Source: Octopus sinensis (Eukaryota). From it: a stretch of DNA of 64,000 nucleotides. The position numbers were made by a program, and so were the translations under genes. Shown here one piece after another: positions 11,969 to 23,951 of the stretch; the stretch's first letter is position 1, and every line of letters starts with the position of its first letter. Under the pieces are notes generated by a model. It had not been told where the DNA came from and made no database searches. It saw only the letters and a list, made by a program, of their open reading frames with translations. Where the stretch lies: contig NC_043009.1 in the NCBI RefSeq assembly GCF_006345805.1, positions 65,348,001 through 65,412,000 of the forward strand. The letters run 5' to 3'.

Positions 11969-13625
11969 AAGAGACGGAGAAAGAGATAGAGAGAAAGAGG
12001 TTTTCATATTCATATTTTCACCCTCCTCTCTCTCTCTCTCTTCTCTCTCTCTTTCTACTCTAGTTCTGTATACGCCCACATAATATTCTCCTCCAGCGTG
12101 GTTCTGTCGGTTGAAATGGTAGCAACATGTCTCACAAATCAAATAAGTTTACAATTTTCGATACAGAAATCTACAAAACGTACATCAAACAAGGTACATT
12201 CTGCAATGAAGAAGACTCATCTGTCTTCATAAGGAACCACCCCGTCACCAGCTTTGGAGGTTGTGCTTCCACAAGAAATCGATTCTCTAACGACTGCAGA
12301 TAGACGTGACAAACTTAGGGATATATTGATCTCGTGGATTGTCTATGGCGGCATTATTTTAGAGAGAACAAAGGCACTGAGCTGGCAGAATCGTTAGCAC
12401 ACCGGACAGATTAGCTGTATTTCATCACTTTTATTGTTCCGAGTTCAAATGCTGCCGAGGTCACTTTGCCTTTCCTCTTTCGGGGGTCGATGAAATAAGG
12501 ACCAAGTTGAACACTGGAGTCGATGTAATCGACTTAATCCCTCCGCAGATATGCTGTCCTTGTACCAAAATATGAAACATTATTTTAGAGAGAACGAGAA
12601 AGAGAAGAGAGAGAGAGAGAGAGAGGGGGGGAGAGAAAAATAAGTAAGAAATAAAGAAACAAAGAGTGCAGTCATATTGGATTTGATTGAAAGGAAGGAA
12701 ATCGGCTGGGCCATTTTTATAGCTTCCAGGCATTGGTGTGTGTAAAGTAAACTGTTTTGAAAATTTGCAACAGAACGGGCACCGCTAAAACCTCTCAAGA
12801 GTTAAGCCGAGCAACGGCCTAAATTGACTTCAGCACATGTCTTTTATTCAACTCACCAAAGAAACCTCTTTTGCGTACACTTGACCTGTTATAANNNNNN
12901 NNNNNNNNNNNNNNNNNNNNNNNNNNNNNNNNNNNNNNNNNNNNNNNNNNNNNNNNNNNNNNNNNNNNNNNNNNNNNNNNNNNNNNNNNNNNNNAAGAGA
13001 CGGAGAAGAGATAGAGAGAAAGAGGTTTTCATATTCATATTTTTCACCCTCCTCTCTCTCTCTCTCTCTCTCTCTTCTTCTACTCTAGTTCTGTATACGC
13101 CCACATAATATTCTCCTCCAGCGTGGTTCTGTCGGTTGGAAATGGTAGCAACATGTCTCACAAATCAAATAAGTTTACAATTTTCGATACAGAAATCTAC
13201 AAAACGTACATCAAACAAGGTACATTCTGCAATGAAAGAAGACTCATCTGTCTTCATAAGGACCACCCCGTCACCAGCTTTGGAGGTTTGTGCTTCCACA
13301 AGAAATCGATTCTCTAACGACTGCAGATAGACGTGACAAACTTAGGGATATATTGATCTCGTGGACTTGTCTATGGCGGCATTATTTTAGAGAGAACAAA
13401 GGCACTGAGCTGGCAGAATCGTTAGCACACCGGACAGATTAGCTGTATTTCATCACTTTTATTGTTCCGAGTTCAAATGCTGCCGAGGTCACTTTTGCCT
13501 TTCCTCTTTTCGGGGTCGATGAAATAAGGACCAAGTTGAACACTGGAGTCGATGTAATCGACTTAATCCCTCCGCAGATATTGCTGTCCTTGTACCAAAA
13601 TATGAAACTATTATTTTAGAGAGAA

Positions 13626-13662
<37 letters not shown>

Positions 13663-13924
13663 GAGAGAAAAATAAGTAAGAAATAAAGAAACAAAGAGTG
13701 CAGTCATATTGGATTTGATTGAAAAGGAAGGAAATCGGCTGTGCCATTTTTATAGCTTCCAGCATTGGTGGTGTAAAGTAAACCTGTTTTGAAAATTTGC
13801 AACAGAACGGGCACCGCTAAAACCTCTCAAGAGTTAAGCCGAGCAACGGCCTAAATTGACTTCAGCACATGTCTTTATTCAACTCACCAAAGAAACCTCT
13901 TTGCGTACACTTGACCTGTTATAA
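11969..13924. other. ~930 bp near-identical duplication flanking a 100-N scaffold gap (12895-12994); probable assembly overlap
   Basis: 11969-12894 matches 12995-13924 apart from mostly single-base indels, and both copies abut the gap exactly. Confidence 0.85.
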
Positions 13925-14353
13925 AGAATAGCCAAATTCTCCTTAGCATTTTTGTCGTATTGCCTGATATATAAAATAAATGGATGACCACAGCTTGTAT
14001 GACTTTAATCATAAGTATGCTTCATCAGGGCGTACCTGGAACAGGTAAAGTGGAGATTCATCAGTCACATCTGGCATTAAGGTTATCAGATCCAGGAAAG
14101 TGAATTAAGAGTAAAGTAGATTCGCCCGAGGTCGGAACATAATTCAATATGGCGTGGAATTTTTCTGAGAATTCTCTGTAGTTTTATTACGTATAATTCG
14201 GAAAAATACTTTATAACATTGAAGGGAATCATGCACGAGAGAGTTTTATAGAAATAACTGCTGGCATCCCGCGCTCCTAAACAGTTATGAGCAATGATAT
14301 ACATACATACACGCATATACATACATATATAAACAGATAAATAAATAAATGAT

Positions 14354-14412
<59 letters not shown>

Positions 14413-14489
14413 TACATACATATATACATACATACATACAACAGACATACATATATATAATATATATATAATATAATATATATATATAT

Positions 14490-14635
14490 TGGTACAGGAT
14501 TGCTCATCAACAACATGGTTCTGGGTTCAGTCCCACTGCGTGGCATCTTAGGTAAGTCTCCTGGTATAGTTTCGGGCCGACTAAGCCTTGTGAGTGGATT
14601 TGTTAGACGGAAATTGAAAGAAGCCCGTCGTATAT
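14490..14635 (+). mobile_element. SINE, GCGTGGCTGTGTGGTAAG-head family, fragment
   Basis: GGTTCTGGGTTCAGTCCCACTGCGTGGCATCTTAGGTAAG...TTGTGAGTGGATTTG...GAAAGAAGCCCGTCG. Confidence 0.75.
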
Positions 14636-15399
14636 ATATATGTATATAATATATATATATATATTCCCCCCTCTCTCTCTCTCTCTCTCTCTTCTCTCTA
14701 CTCATCCTCTTTTTCTCTCTCTTTACCCTCCTATTTCTTTGTCTCGCTCTGCACTCACAGGTCATTCTTCGACACCCACCCCTTCTCCTCTCTGATCCCT
14801 TCTTTCTCTCTCTTCTCTCTCTTTGTTGCGTTTTGTCCCTCGTCTCTCTCTCTCTTCCTTTGCTCCTCTTTCTTTTCTTTTCCCTCTTCTCTGTCACGTG
14901 ACTGTTGGCCGAAATCTGCCTTTCAGCTCCTGACCCTCGTCGTGTTAACATCGTTGCTTTTCGTCCGCCGCTATAAAGGCATCTTCCAATGCGCCAGAGA
15001 AAAAATTTGTTTGCTTGTTATCAGTCGTAAGACACTTGTTGTTTTCACCGTTAATGCTTCTGTATTTCATGTTTCTGTATTCCATTATTGTTTTTTGTTT
15101 CTTTTATATCTGTCCCTTTTGCTGTCCTGGTGTTCGTATGCATTCGATCCTTCTTCCAGGAAATCTACGCTTCCAGCTTAGTTTTTCTAATGCTCGTTGC
15201 TTAGTTTTTCTTGGAGGGCTGGCCGTGATCTAGTAATCTCAAGATTAATCAGCCGAAATTACTACGATGATCCGGTTCTTGACTGAAGACTGAGGGGTTC
15301 GAATGTCCTGTCCATGTTTATTGTGTCGTCTTCTAAGAGTTATACTTCTTGTCCATGTTGTATTTTTCTACATACCTTATATATATATTATAATATATA

Positions 15400-15632
15400 T
15401 ATATTTGTGTGTGTGTGGTGTGTGTATGTAACTGTTTGTGCGTCTGTGCTTGTCCTCCCACCATTGCTTGACAACCGGTGTTGGTGTGTCTACATCCCCG
15501 TAACTTAGCGGTTCGGCAAAAGCGACTGATAGAATAAGTACTAGGCTTACAAAGAACAATTTGTTCGACTAAAGGCAGTGCTCCAGCATGGCCGCAGTCA
15601 AATGCCTTAAACGAATAAAAGAGTAAAAGAGT
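15400..15632 (+). mobile_element. SINE 3' half (GCGTGGCTG family tail)
   Basis: CTTGACAACCGGTGTTGGTG...AACTTAGCGGTTCGGCAAAAG...GCTCCAGCATGGCCGCAGTC...AAAAGAG tail. Confidence 0.75.
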
Positions 15633-15944
15633 ATGTGTGTGTGCGTGTGTGTTAGTGTGTGTAAATACCGTAGGATACTAGAATATCACTTGCTAAAAAG
15701 AGGAGCTTTCATTCCAAAACCAGAAATGTCTCACTGTTAATAAATATGCACAGTGAATGCAAGGAATATAACAAAACAGTCCTCCCTAAAAAGCAAGAAA
15801 CAGATATCTTGGTATCAATTGATTTCAATTATTGTACCTTTCTACTCAAGGATCGTCAAGTGGTATTCTGGTACCCTACTTTATTTATTTATATATTTTA
15901 AGTTAAACTTGCTTGCCACTTTATAATCATCATCATTATTATTG

Positions 15945-16464
15945 AGAGAGCAGTGCATGCCACCAAAATGACACCGAGGTAAAATATACGAAACCCACTA
16001 TGCCCATCATGGCTACCCGTCTGATAAGGGTATGCCAGGTACATGCAATATAACCATATGTGCGCGACATGGTGATCTCATATTAAGATTAACAGCGCAT
16101 GACCTTGCTGGTGGGGGCCCATTAGAATTTTATTCTGGTCGAGTAGCTTATCCTGCTCAAAAGGTCCCTGAATAAGGATTGTTTAAGGATGTTGAACGAA
16201 ACACCCATGTTCCCAGAGGTGAATTATTCAAACCCCAAAGAATTCCTCTCAGCACGTATGATCAGAGATGGACATATCGTCAGCCACCAAGGGACATGCT
16301 CAACCGGTTAAGGTCAAACAACTGACAAGCTAATCTGTGATATTGAGCAGAATATTTGCTATAGCCCATCCTTTATACCAAGAAAAAACAATGTACATGA
16401 TAACACTTCCGAGCAGTTAAGGTCAGAAGCCATGAAAGCCACTGCCTGATACTGCATCCGGGAA

Positions 16465-16465
<1 letters not shown>
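15945..16465. repeat. Unclassified interspersed element embedded in (TTA/TCA)n tracts
   Basis: GC-richer block bounded on both sides by TAA/TCA microsatellite. No ORF or termini identified. Confidence 0.35.
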
Positions 16466-16499
<34 letters not shown>

Positions 16500-16518
16500 A
16501 ATCATCATCATCATCATC

Positions 16519-16585
<67 letters not shown>

Positions 16586-17192
16586 GCAATAACACTTTAC
16601 TTAATTATATATATATATATACATATCTCTCTGTCTCTCTATATACATATATACATGTAAGTGTTTTATGCATACACACACACACGCACACACACACATA
16701 TATATATATACATATATATATATATATGCATAACTATGTGTGTGTATGTTTGCATGTGTGTGCATGTTAGTGCATGTGTGCATGAAACCAAGCGTGTGCA
16801 AAAACTTAATATACTGAATATGGCTTGTGTATTAGTTTTGTTTAAATTTTTATTCATTTCATTTATTTATCTCTCCACATATTGAGCTGCGTATCGGCGG
16901 GAGGAATATTTGAAAAATAAAAACATACATATTTTATGTGAGCCTTGATTTTCAAGGTTTCATTGAACAACCCCCGCTTATAAGTGAACCAAGAAAGAAA
17001 AACAGATTTCGAAATATGGAGTTAGTTTGATCAATGGCATCGTACGCGAAACTCTCGTCTCTTGAGTCACTTTGAAATTTCTCTCAACCAATATGTATGT
17101 GTGTATGTATCTCTCTCTTTCTCCCTCTTTTTCTCTCTCATTTCTCCCCTCTCTCTCTCACGCTATATATATTATATTTATAATATAATATA

Positions 17193-17233
<41 letters not shown>

Positions 17234-19282
17234 TGTATATGTATATATATATATTATATATATATTATATATTATATATATATATATATATATAATATGT
17301 ATATATATATAATATATATTTATACATGGTACGCATTTACACACACACACATACACACGCATACTATACACACATATACGTGTATGTATAAATATATATA
17401 TACCTATATATATATATATATTTATACATGGTATACATTTACACACACACACATACACACGCATACTGCACACACATATATGTGTATGTATAAATATATA
17501 TACCTATATATATATATATATATACACACACGCATATATACATACACACACATATATATACACACTAACCTATGCATACATATATGTACACAGACAAAAA
17601 CACACACCGTGTCCAATGTACTGTTTTAATGATGGTGGCATAGTATGATTCGAAGCAGATCATGATGACTGCTATTTCTAGCCTTTCGAAAATCCACGTA
17701 GGGATCCCTTAGTGGCTTGTTGAGAATTGTTGCTAATATTAAAGGATGAAGCTGAAAATTGCATGATTGGAAGCCCGAAGTGTTTTCATACGCATAAAAA
17801 AATAAAGAAATAGAGAAATGGAGAAAATATGATAAAACGGCTTCCGAAACCAAACACATCCTAGTTTTAAAACCTCCAACAAATAAAATGTCCCACTTGT
17901 TGACCTAACTCTAGATAAACACAACAAACAATTTTAGCTAGAAAAAATGCGAAAATACATACATATATATATATATATATATATGTATATATTATATATA
18001 TATACATACATGTATGTATGTATGTATGTACGTATGTATGTATGCATGCATGTATGTATGTATGTATATATATATATATATATATATATACTTCATACAT
18101 ACATACATAAATATATATATATGTATATATATATAATGTATATATTATATATATATATGAATCGAAAACTTTAAAAAAGTAAAGAATACAAATATTAAAG
18201 AAAGTTTTCCATAAATAATTAAAATAGTAATTATCCTTACATGGTAAATGGTTCCAAAAGATATATTTTTTACTTTTTCTTCCAAGAATCTCCATTGTAT
18301 ATATTCTTTGAATGCAAAAAGTCAATATTTCCTACAAAAGTTTTCGTTTTTTTGTTTTTTTTTTGGTGTTTTTAATCAAATTCTTGAGGAAGTTTGGTGC
18401 TTCATAGGAGTGAGCTGCAACTTACCAAAAATGTAATTAATGCAGACTGCGTGTTGTTATCGCTGTTATTGTTGTTGTTTAGCCCAGGGTTGGGCCTGAA
18501 TGAGCAGATCTGTGATCAAAAGCATTCCAGCCATGTCTATCCTACCATTTTCTTTTTTCAGACTACATCCTCCTAAGTGCTCCTCCTTTTTGTATAATGA
18601 TAGTGTTTAATATAGTGGAATTTGGCTTTTATTTCTAGTATTCTGATTAACCATGTAGTGACACTTAATTTCCAGCACTTTTGCTGTTGCTGTGGTTGTT
18701 GTTGCTGCTGTTGTTCAAATTAATTATATACGTGGTCAACAATGACGTTCCAGCTTTGAACATCCATAGCGTAACCACAGCCTCGTTATCAATGTATCAT
18801 TCAGCAGAGTCCAAATGATTTGAGGGCGGTTTAACTATTATTTCGAGAAACATTGAGACGAACGTACACTACCGGTGGTAACAATTACATAAATTCGAAA
18901 TTTCAGGTGTTGACGTGTAGATTATAATTCAACATTATTTACCACATTTCCAGAGGTCGACTCTGGCTTTCATTCTTTCGAGGTCGATATATTAAGTACC
19001 AGTGTAACACTGGGGTCAATGTCAAAGACTTAACTCCTCGCCCGAATTTGCTGGCCTTGTGGCAAAATTTGAAACCGATATTATGTACAGCATTAGTATT
19101 CATGATATGGTACAGTAAAGAATAGATCGCAGTTGTGGGTATTCCTAGATCAATCTTGTTACTGCCAATTCATGGCTCTTTGATTAGGTCGAGAGTAGTG
19201 GTTCTCAACCCTGGTCCAGGTGGCCCTCAGCAATAAATTGGTCACACTTTAATATTTTGTACAATCTTTTATAATACGTATA

Positions 19283-19440
19283 GGCGCGAGCGTAGCTGTG
19301 TGGTAGAAAGCGTGCTTCCAAACTACATGTTCCGGGTTCAGTCCCACTGCGTGACATATTGAGTAAGTGACTTTTACTATAGCCTCGGGCCGACTAAAGC
19401 CTTGTGAGGGGATTTGGCAGACAGACTGAAAAGAAGCCCA
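19283..19440 (+). mobile_element. SINE, GCGTGGCTGTGTGGTAAG-head family, 5' part
   Basis: GGCGCGAGCGTAGCTGTGTGGTAG...CCGGGTTCAGTCCCACTGCG. Confidence 0.75.
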
Positions 19441-19449
19441 CTGACCGCT

Positions 19450-19620
19450 AAATCCCCAAGTTTTTTTATTCTCTCTCTGTTTATTTCCTCATATTCGTTT
19501 CTGTTGAAGAGCGTAGGCTCGAAACGTAAAAGACTTTCTCACCTTCCCGAGGGTCAACTTAATACATCTTGTTGGTCATACACCTGTCTGCGTCTTTGTT
19601 TCTCTGTAAAATTCAACAAT
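19450..19620 (+). mobile_element. Short (TA)n-associated repeat with minimal hammerhead-like motif, copy 2 of 3
   Basis: GTTT-CTGTTGAA-GAGC-GTAG-GCTC-GAAAC-GTA-AAAG at 19497-19532. Confidence 0.6.
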
Positions 19621-19647
19621 ACATACATATATATACACACATACATG

Positions 19648-19684
<37 letters not shown>

Positions 19685-19875
19685 TATATATATTATATAT
19701 AAGGGCTTAGTAAAATAAATTACTTTGCCACATACTGAACTCATTAGAAATAGCAGCTAAAGAAATTTCTTCAGCTATTTCTAATACTTAAAGAAGATCT
19801 CTCTCAGATAGTGTTTGCCTAACCAACTCACAAAGTATGGGAAAAAACATTAAAAAATCAAGTGCAAAGGTTATT

Positions 19876-19927
19876 TGAGAACGTACGTTTCTAGATTAGT
19901 CAATTCGACATTTCTTTCGTCAGCTCA
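19876..19927 (-). ncRNA. Type I hammerhead ribozyme
   Basis: Minus strand: TGAG-CTGACGA-AAGAAATGTCGAATTGACTAATCTA-GAAAC-GTAC-GTT-CTCA. Stem I TGAG/CTCA extends through an internal loop to AAGG/CCTT. Palindromic stem III AACGTACGTT; cleavage triplet GUU. The closing pair of stem II is an A-A mismatch. Confidence 0.7.
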
Positions 19928-20426
19928 GATTCCTTGAATCGTATTTGGGAACACTGAAAGTTGGGAGCATACCCTTTCGGCTTCTCATCCCTCTAGAATT
20001 CTGCTCGAACTAAAAGTGCTATCAAATCCGATATGCAGCGAAGAATTTCTGCTCTCCCTTCCACCAGCGTGGGTTAAAATTGACAACACCATGTATTAAC
20101 GGTGAAAACCGCAGTATTTAACAGAGAGAGATGAATTATAATTTCAACAATTGAGGGTAAAATTAATTAATTATTAATCAATTTCACCAAGTATTCAGTA
20201 TGTAAAGGGACCATTTTAGTTAGGCGAATTCAAAATATTACATTATATATAAGGCTTAGTAAAATAAATTACTTTGCCACATACTGAACTCATTAGAAAT
20301 AGCAGCTAAAGAAATTTCTTCAGCTATTTCTAATACTTAAAGAAGATCTCTCTCAGATAGTGTTTGCCTAACCAACCCACAAAGGTTGGGGGAAAAAACA
20401 TTAAAAAATCAAGTGCAAAGGTTATT

Positions 20427-20478
20427 TGAGAACGTACGTTTCTAGATTAGTCAATTCGACATTTCTTTCGTCAGCTCA
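20427..20478 (-). ncRNA. Type I hammerhead ribozyme, second unit
   Basis: Same motif as 19876-19927, 551 bp downstream. Confidence 0.7.
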
Positions 20479-21236
20479 GAATTCCTTGAATCGTATTTGG
20501 GAACACTGAAAGTTGGAGCATACCCTTTCGGCTTCTCATCACCTCTAGAATTCTGCTCGAACTAAAGTGCCTAATCAAATCCGAATATGCAAGCGAAGAA
20601 TTTCTGCTCTCCTCCCTTTCCACCAGCGTGGGTTAAAATGACAAACACCATGTATTAACGGTGAAAACCGCAGTACTTAACAAGAGAGATGAATTATAAT
20701 TTCAACAATTGAGGTAAAATTAATTAATTATTAATCAATTTCACCAAGTATTCAGTATGTAAAGGGACTTTTAGGCGAATTCAAAATATACATTATATAT
20801 ATAAGGGCTTAGTAATAAATTACTTTGCCACATACTGAACTCATTAGAAATAGCAGCTAAAGAAATTTCTTCAGCTATTTCTAATACTTAATGATTTTTA
20901 ATGTTTTTTCCCCCATACCTTTGTGAGTTGGTTTAAGCAAACACTATCTGAGAGAGATCTTCTTTAAGTATTAGAAATAGCTGAAGAAATTTCTTTAGCT
21001 GCTATTTCTTGAGTTCAGTATTGGCAAAGTAATTTATTTTACTAAGCCCTTATATATAATGTAATATTTTGAATTCGCCTAAAATGGTCCCTTTACATAC
21101 TGAATACTTGGTGAACTTGATTAATAATTAATTAAGTTTACCCTCAATTGTTGAAATATTATATATATAGTATATATATATATATATGGGTGTGTGTGTG
21201 TGTGTGTGTGTATTTGTGTGCGTGTATGTGTGTGTG

Positions 21237-21267
<31 letters not shown>

Positions 21268-21349
21268 TATATACATAGTTTAAAGTGTTGTATTTAGTTT
21301 TCACCTAATGTATATTTTGTGTACCTTATATATATATATATATATCATA

Positions 21350-21402
<53 letters not shown>

Positions 21403-21494
21403 TTATATATATATATATATATATATAATATTATTATATATATATTAAAGAATATATTTATATTTAAAAGTATATTTGTTAATTATTTTAGTAT

Positions 21495-21616
21495 TGTAGT
21501 TATCTTTAACCTGATGAGTGGCTATATTTATATTGAAGTGATTTTAATACTACTACTAGTATTTTTACGATAATCATTTCTTAAATATAGCCACGAAACA
21601 CGTGTCGTTATTCTAC
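21495..21616 (+). ncRNA. Type I hammerhead ribozyme with long stem II, in a (TA)n-flanked AT-rich element (~21445-21860)
   Basis: Stem I TAAC/GTTA plus distal GTAG/CTAC; core CTGATGA 21511-21517; stem II GTGGCTATATTTA/TAAATATAGCCAC (13 bp perfect) plus GAAGTGATT/AATCATTTC; GAAAC; palindromic stem III ACACGTGT; cleavage triplet GUC. Confidence 0.88.
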
Positions 21617-21924
21617 CAAATATTTACGTTTTATTTATTATTTTGCACTTTACTTTATCATCGTTAGATTCTTTATCTTATATTTGATCTTTCCATAATA
21701 TGTAATTTTCTAGATGGTGTAATTTAATTTTTCTTTATTGAATTGATAAAAGGTGTTTTTTTTCTAATTTGTATATATATTATATTTTGTGAAATTTGAT
21801 TTAGTATTTCTAAATTGAATTTTCCCTGTAAGTTGGAATTAGATTCCCTCATATCATTATTATATTATACATATATATATATATATACATACATACAATA
21901 TATATATATATATATATATTATAA

Positions 21925-21957
<33 letters not shown>

Positions 21958-22095
21958 GTATATACATATATATAGATATATGCATGTATATGTGCATATG
22001 TTTTATTTATTAATTTGTATATATAATATATATTATATAATATGTGTGTGTGGTGTGTGTGTGTGTGTGTGTGTATGTATATATATATATATATA

Positions 22096-23662
22096 CACTG
22101 GTGAAAATAAATTTAAACCCGATGATGAAAGTTCTATCTCTCACAACATATTTTGTTTCTAACACCATAGAAATTATGTTTTTCTTTTACACCTTATGCA
22201 GAATTTATTTCTCTTTCGAATTTACCGGCAAATTTATTATAAGACCGTATCATTGTAATACTATTTAAAGCTTAAGATTGTAGCAACAATGAGCAACAGG
22301 AACGAAATACATATTAGTACTTTGTGTCGTAGCCTTTATTCTTAATAACCGCTGAACAACGCCTCGGCATTGGATTCGCTAAGTGATTACAAAATTCTAT
22401 GGGAATGTTTTGCCATATTTCATTGATATAATCGAATAATTGTTCTAGATAAGATAGTTTTTTGGCATGGACTTTTTTAGAAACATAAATCCACAAGTTT
22501 TCGATCGGATTCAGGTCTGGGCTCTGGGGAGGCCATTCGATTACGTCAAAATTATGGTGATAAAAAATTCCATAATCTTTTTGGATTTGTGTACAGGACT
22601 ATTGTCCTGCTGATAAATAGCCCCGGGAGGCACTTGGTGAGTCAAATATAGCACAACATTATCCTTTAGTAAATTCATATAACCTACACTATTTAGCTTT
22701 CCCATCAACTTTAACTAGAAGGCCAGCATCAAAGCTACTAAATGCCGCCCACACCATCACACCATCACCTCCGCTTGCGCCGTTTTTTTCACGCATTTCA
22801 GATGGAATTCCTCGGTTGGGCGACATCTGACGTATCTTTTACCATCTGATCCAAATATTCAGAAGCGTGACTTTTCACTCCAAAGGACCCTGCACCAATA
22901 TTCGGCTGTCCATTGAGCATGGCTTTTTGTGAAATTAAGGCGTTTGAGTCGATTTCTTTCGGATATTATTGGCTTTTTCCTACCTATTCATCCATGGAGT
23001 CCAAATTCTCTCAAACGGTTTGGGAGAGTTTGTGGTGTAAAAATAACACCATTCTCGTTGAAGAATTGTTTACAAATGTCAACGGCTCTCAGCATTCGGT
23101 TGCCTTCAGAAAGTCAGTGGATTCGATGGTCCAACAGCGCCGTCGTTTTTCTTGGGGCACCAGTCCTTTGCCTATCTTTATATTGACCAGTCTCCGAGTA
23201 TAACTTCCACGCTTGCACGCAAGCCATTTTACTGCACTTTAGTTGCTTGCTGATGTTCGAAAAGGAAACTTTTTTGCTGGTGGAGTAATACGATTTTTGC
23301 TCTCGTGACTGGACTGTAGCTACGTTGTTTTCCCATTATTAATCAATTGTATAATAACGTTAAATTATAACACTATATAGTGCAGCTAGTCTAGTTGTGT
23401 AACCACCCAATTTGGTAAAAAAATTTGCATATATATTACATGGTCTTAAACTAATTTTGCCGGTAAATTTGAAAAGTTTATATTAATTTAGCATTAGAAT
23501 TCTTCAAGTTGCATAAAAATAGATATTGTCTGCATCATTCGAAAGAGAATTAAACTCTGCATAATGTGTAAAAGATAAAAATAATTTGTATAGTGTTAGT
23601 AACAAAATATTTTGTAAGAAATAGAACTTTTATCATCGGTCTAAAATTTATTTTCACCAGTG
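22096..23662 (-). mobile_element. Tc1-like DNA transposon, full-length but frameshifted (transposase ~23336 to 22314)
   Basis: TA-flanked TIRs CACTGGTGAAAATAAATTT/AAATTTATTTTCACCAGTG with long imperfect inverted similarity. Minus-strand motifs LWSEKSRF, QQDNSPVH and EWPPQSPDLNPIENLW, and C-terminal RCSAVIKNKGYDTKY. Confidence 0.92.
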
Positions 23663-23749
23663 TATATATATCTATCTGACTCACCGCCTCTCTTCATCTG
23701 ACACCCACTTCCTCTCTTTTTCCCCCAACCACTCACCATACTTGATCGC

Positions 23750-23918
23750 TAAATGCACAAGTTTTTTATTCTCTCTCTGTTTATTTTCTCTTATTCCTTT
23801 CTGTTGAAGAGCGTAGGCTTGAAACGTAAAAGACTCTCACTTTCCAGAGCGTTAAGCTAATACACGTTCTTGTTGTTCATACACGTCTTCGTCTTTTGTT
23901 TTCCTGTAAATTTAAACA

Positions 23919-23920
<2 letters not shown>
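23750..23920 (+). mobile_element. Short (TA)n-associated repeat with minimal hammerhead-like motif, copy 3 of 3
   Basis: CTTT-CTGTTGAA-GAGC-GTAG-GCTT-GAAAC-GTA-AAAG at 23797-23832. Confidence 0.6.

Positions 23921-23944
<24 letters not shown>

Positions 23945-23951
<7 letters not shown>

Larger units (their letters stand above)
19701..21157 (-). mobile_element. Second retrozyme-like array: ~551 bp units (starts at 19701, 20251, 20803) with minus-strand HHR plus a 266 bp inverted segment (20892-21157)
   Basis: The unit start AAG(G)GCTTAGTAA(A)ATAAATTAC recurs at periods of 550 and 552. 20965-21157 is the reverse complement of 20701-20890. (TA)n lies on both flanks. Confidence 0.8.

Noticed and set aside
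11969-13924. ~930 bp tandem duplication
   Set aside because: It brackets a round-number 100-N gap exactly and differs mostly by single-base indels, so it is most likely unmerged contig overlap rather than biology.
17315-17520. ~105 bp tandem duplication in TA/CA-rich DNA (also small duplications at ~24883-24990 and ~27165-27210)
   Set aside because: This is ordinary slippage within microsatellite-rich sequence.
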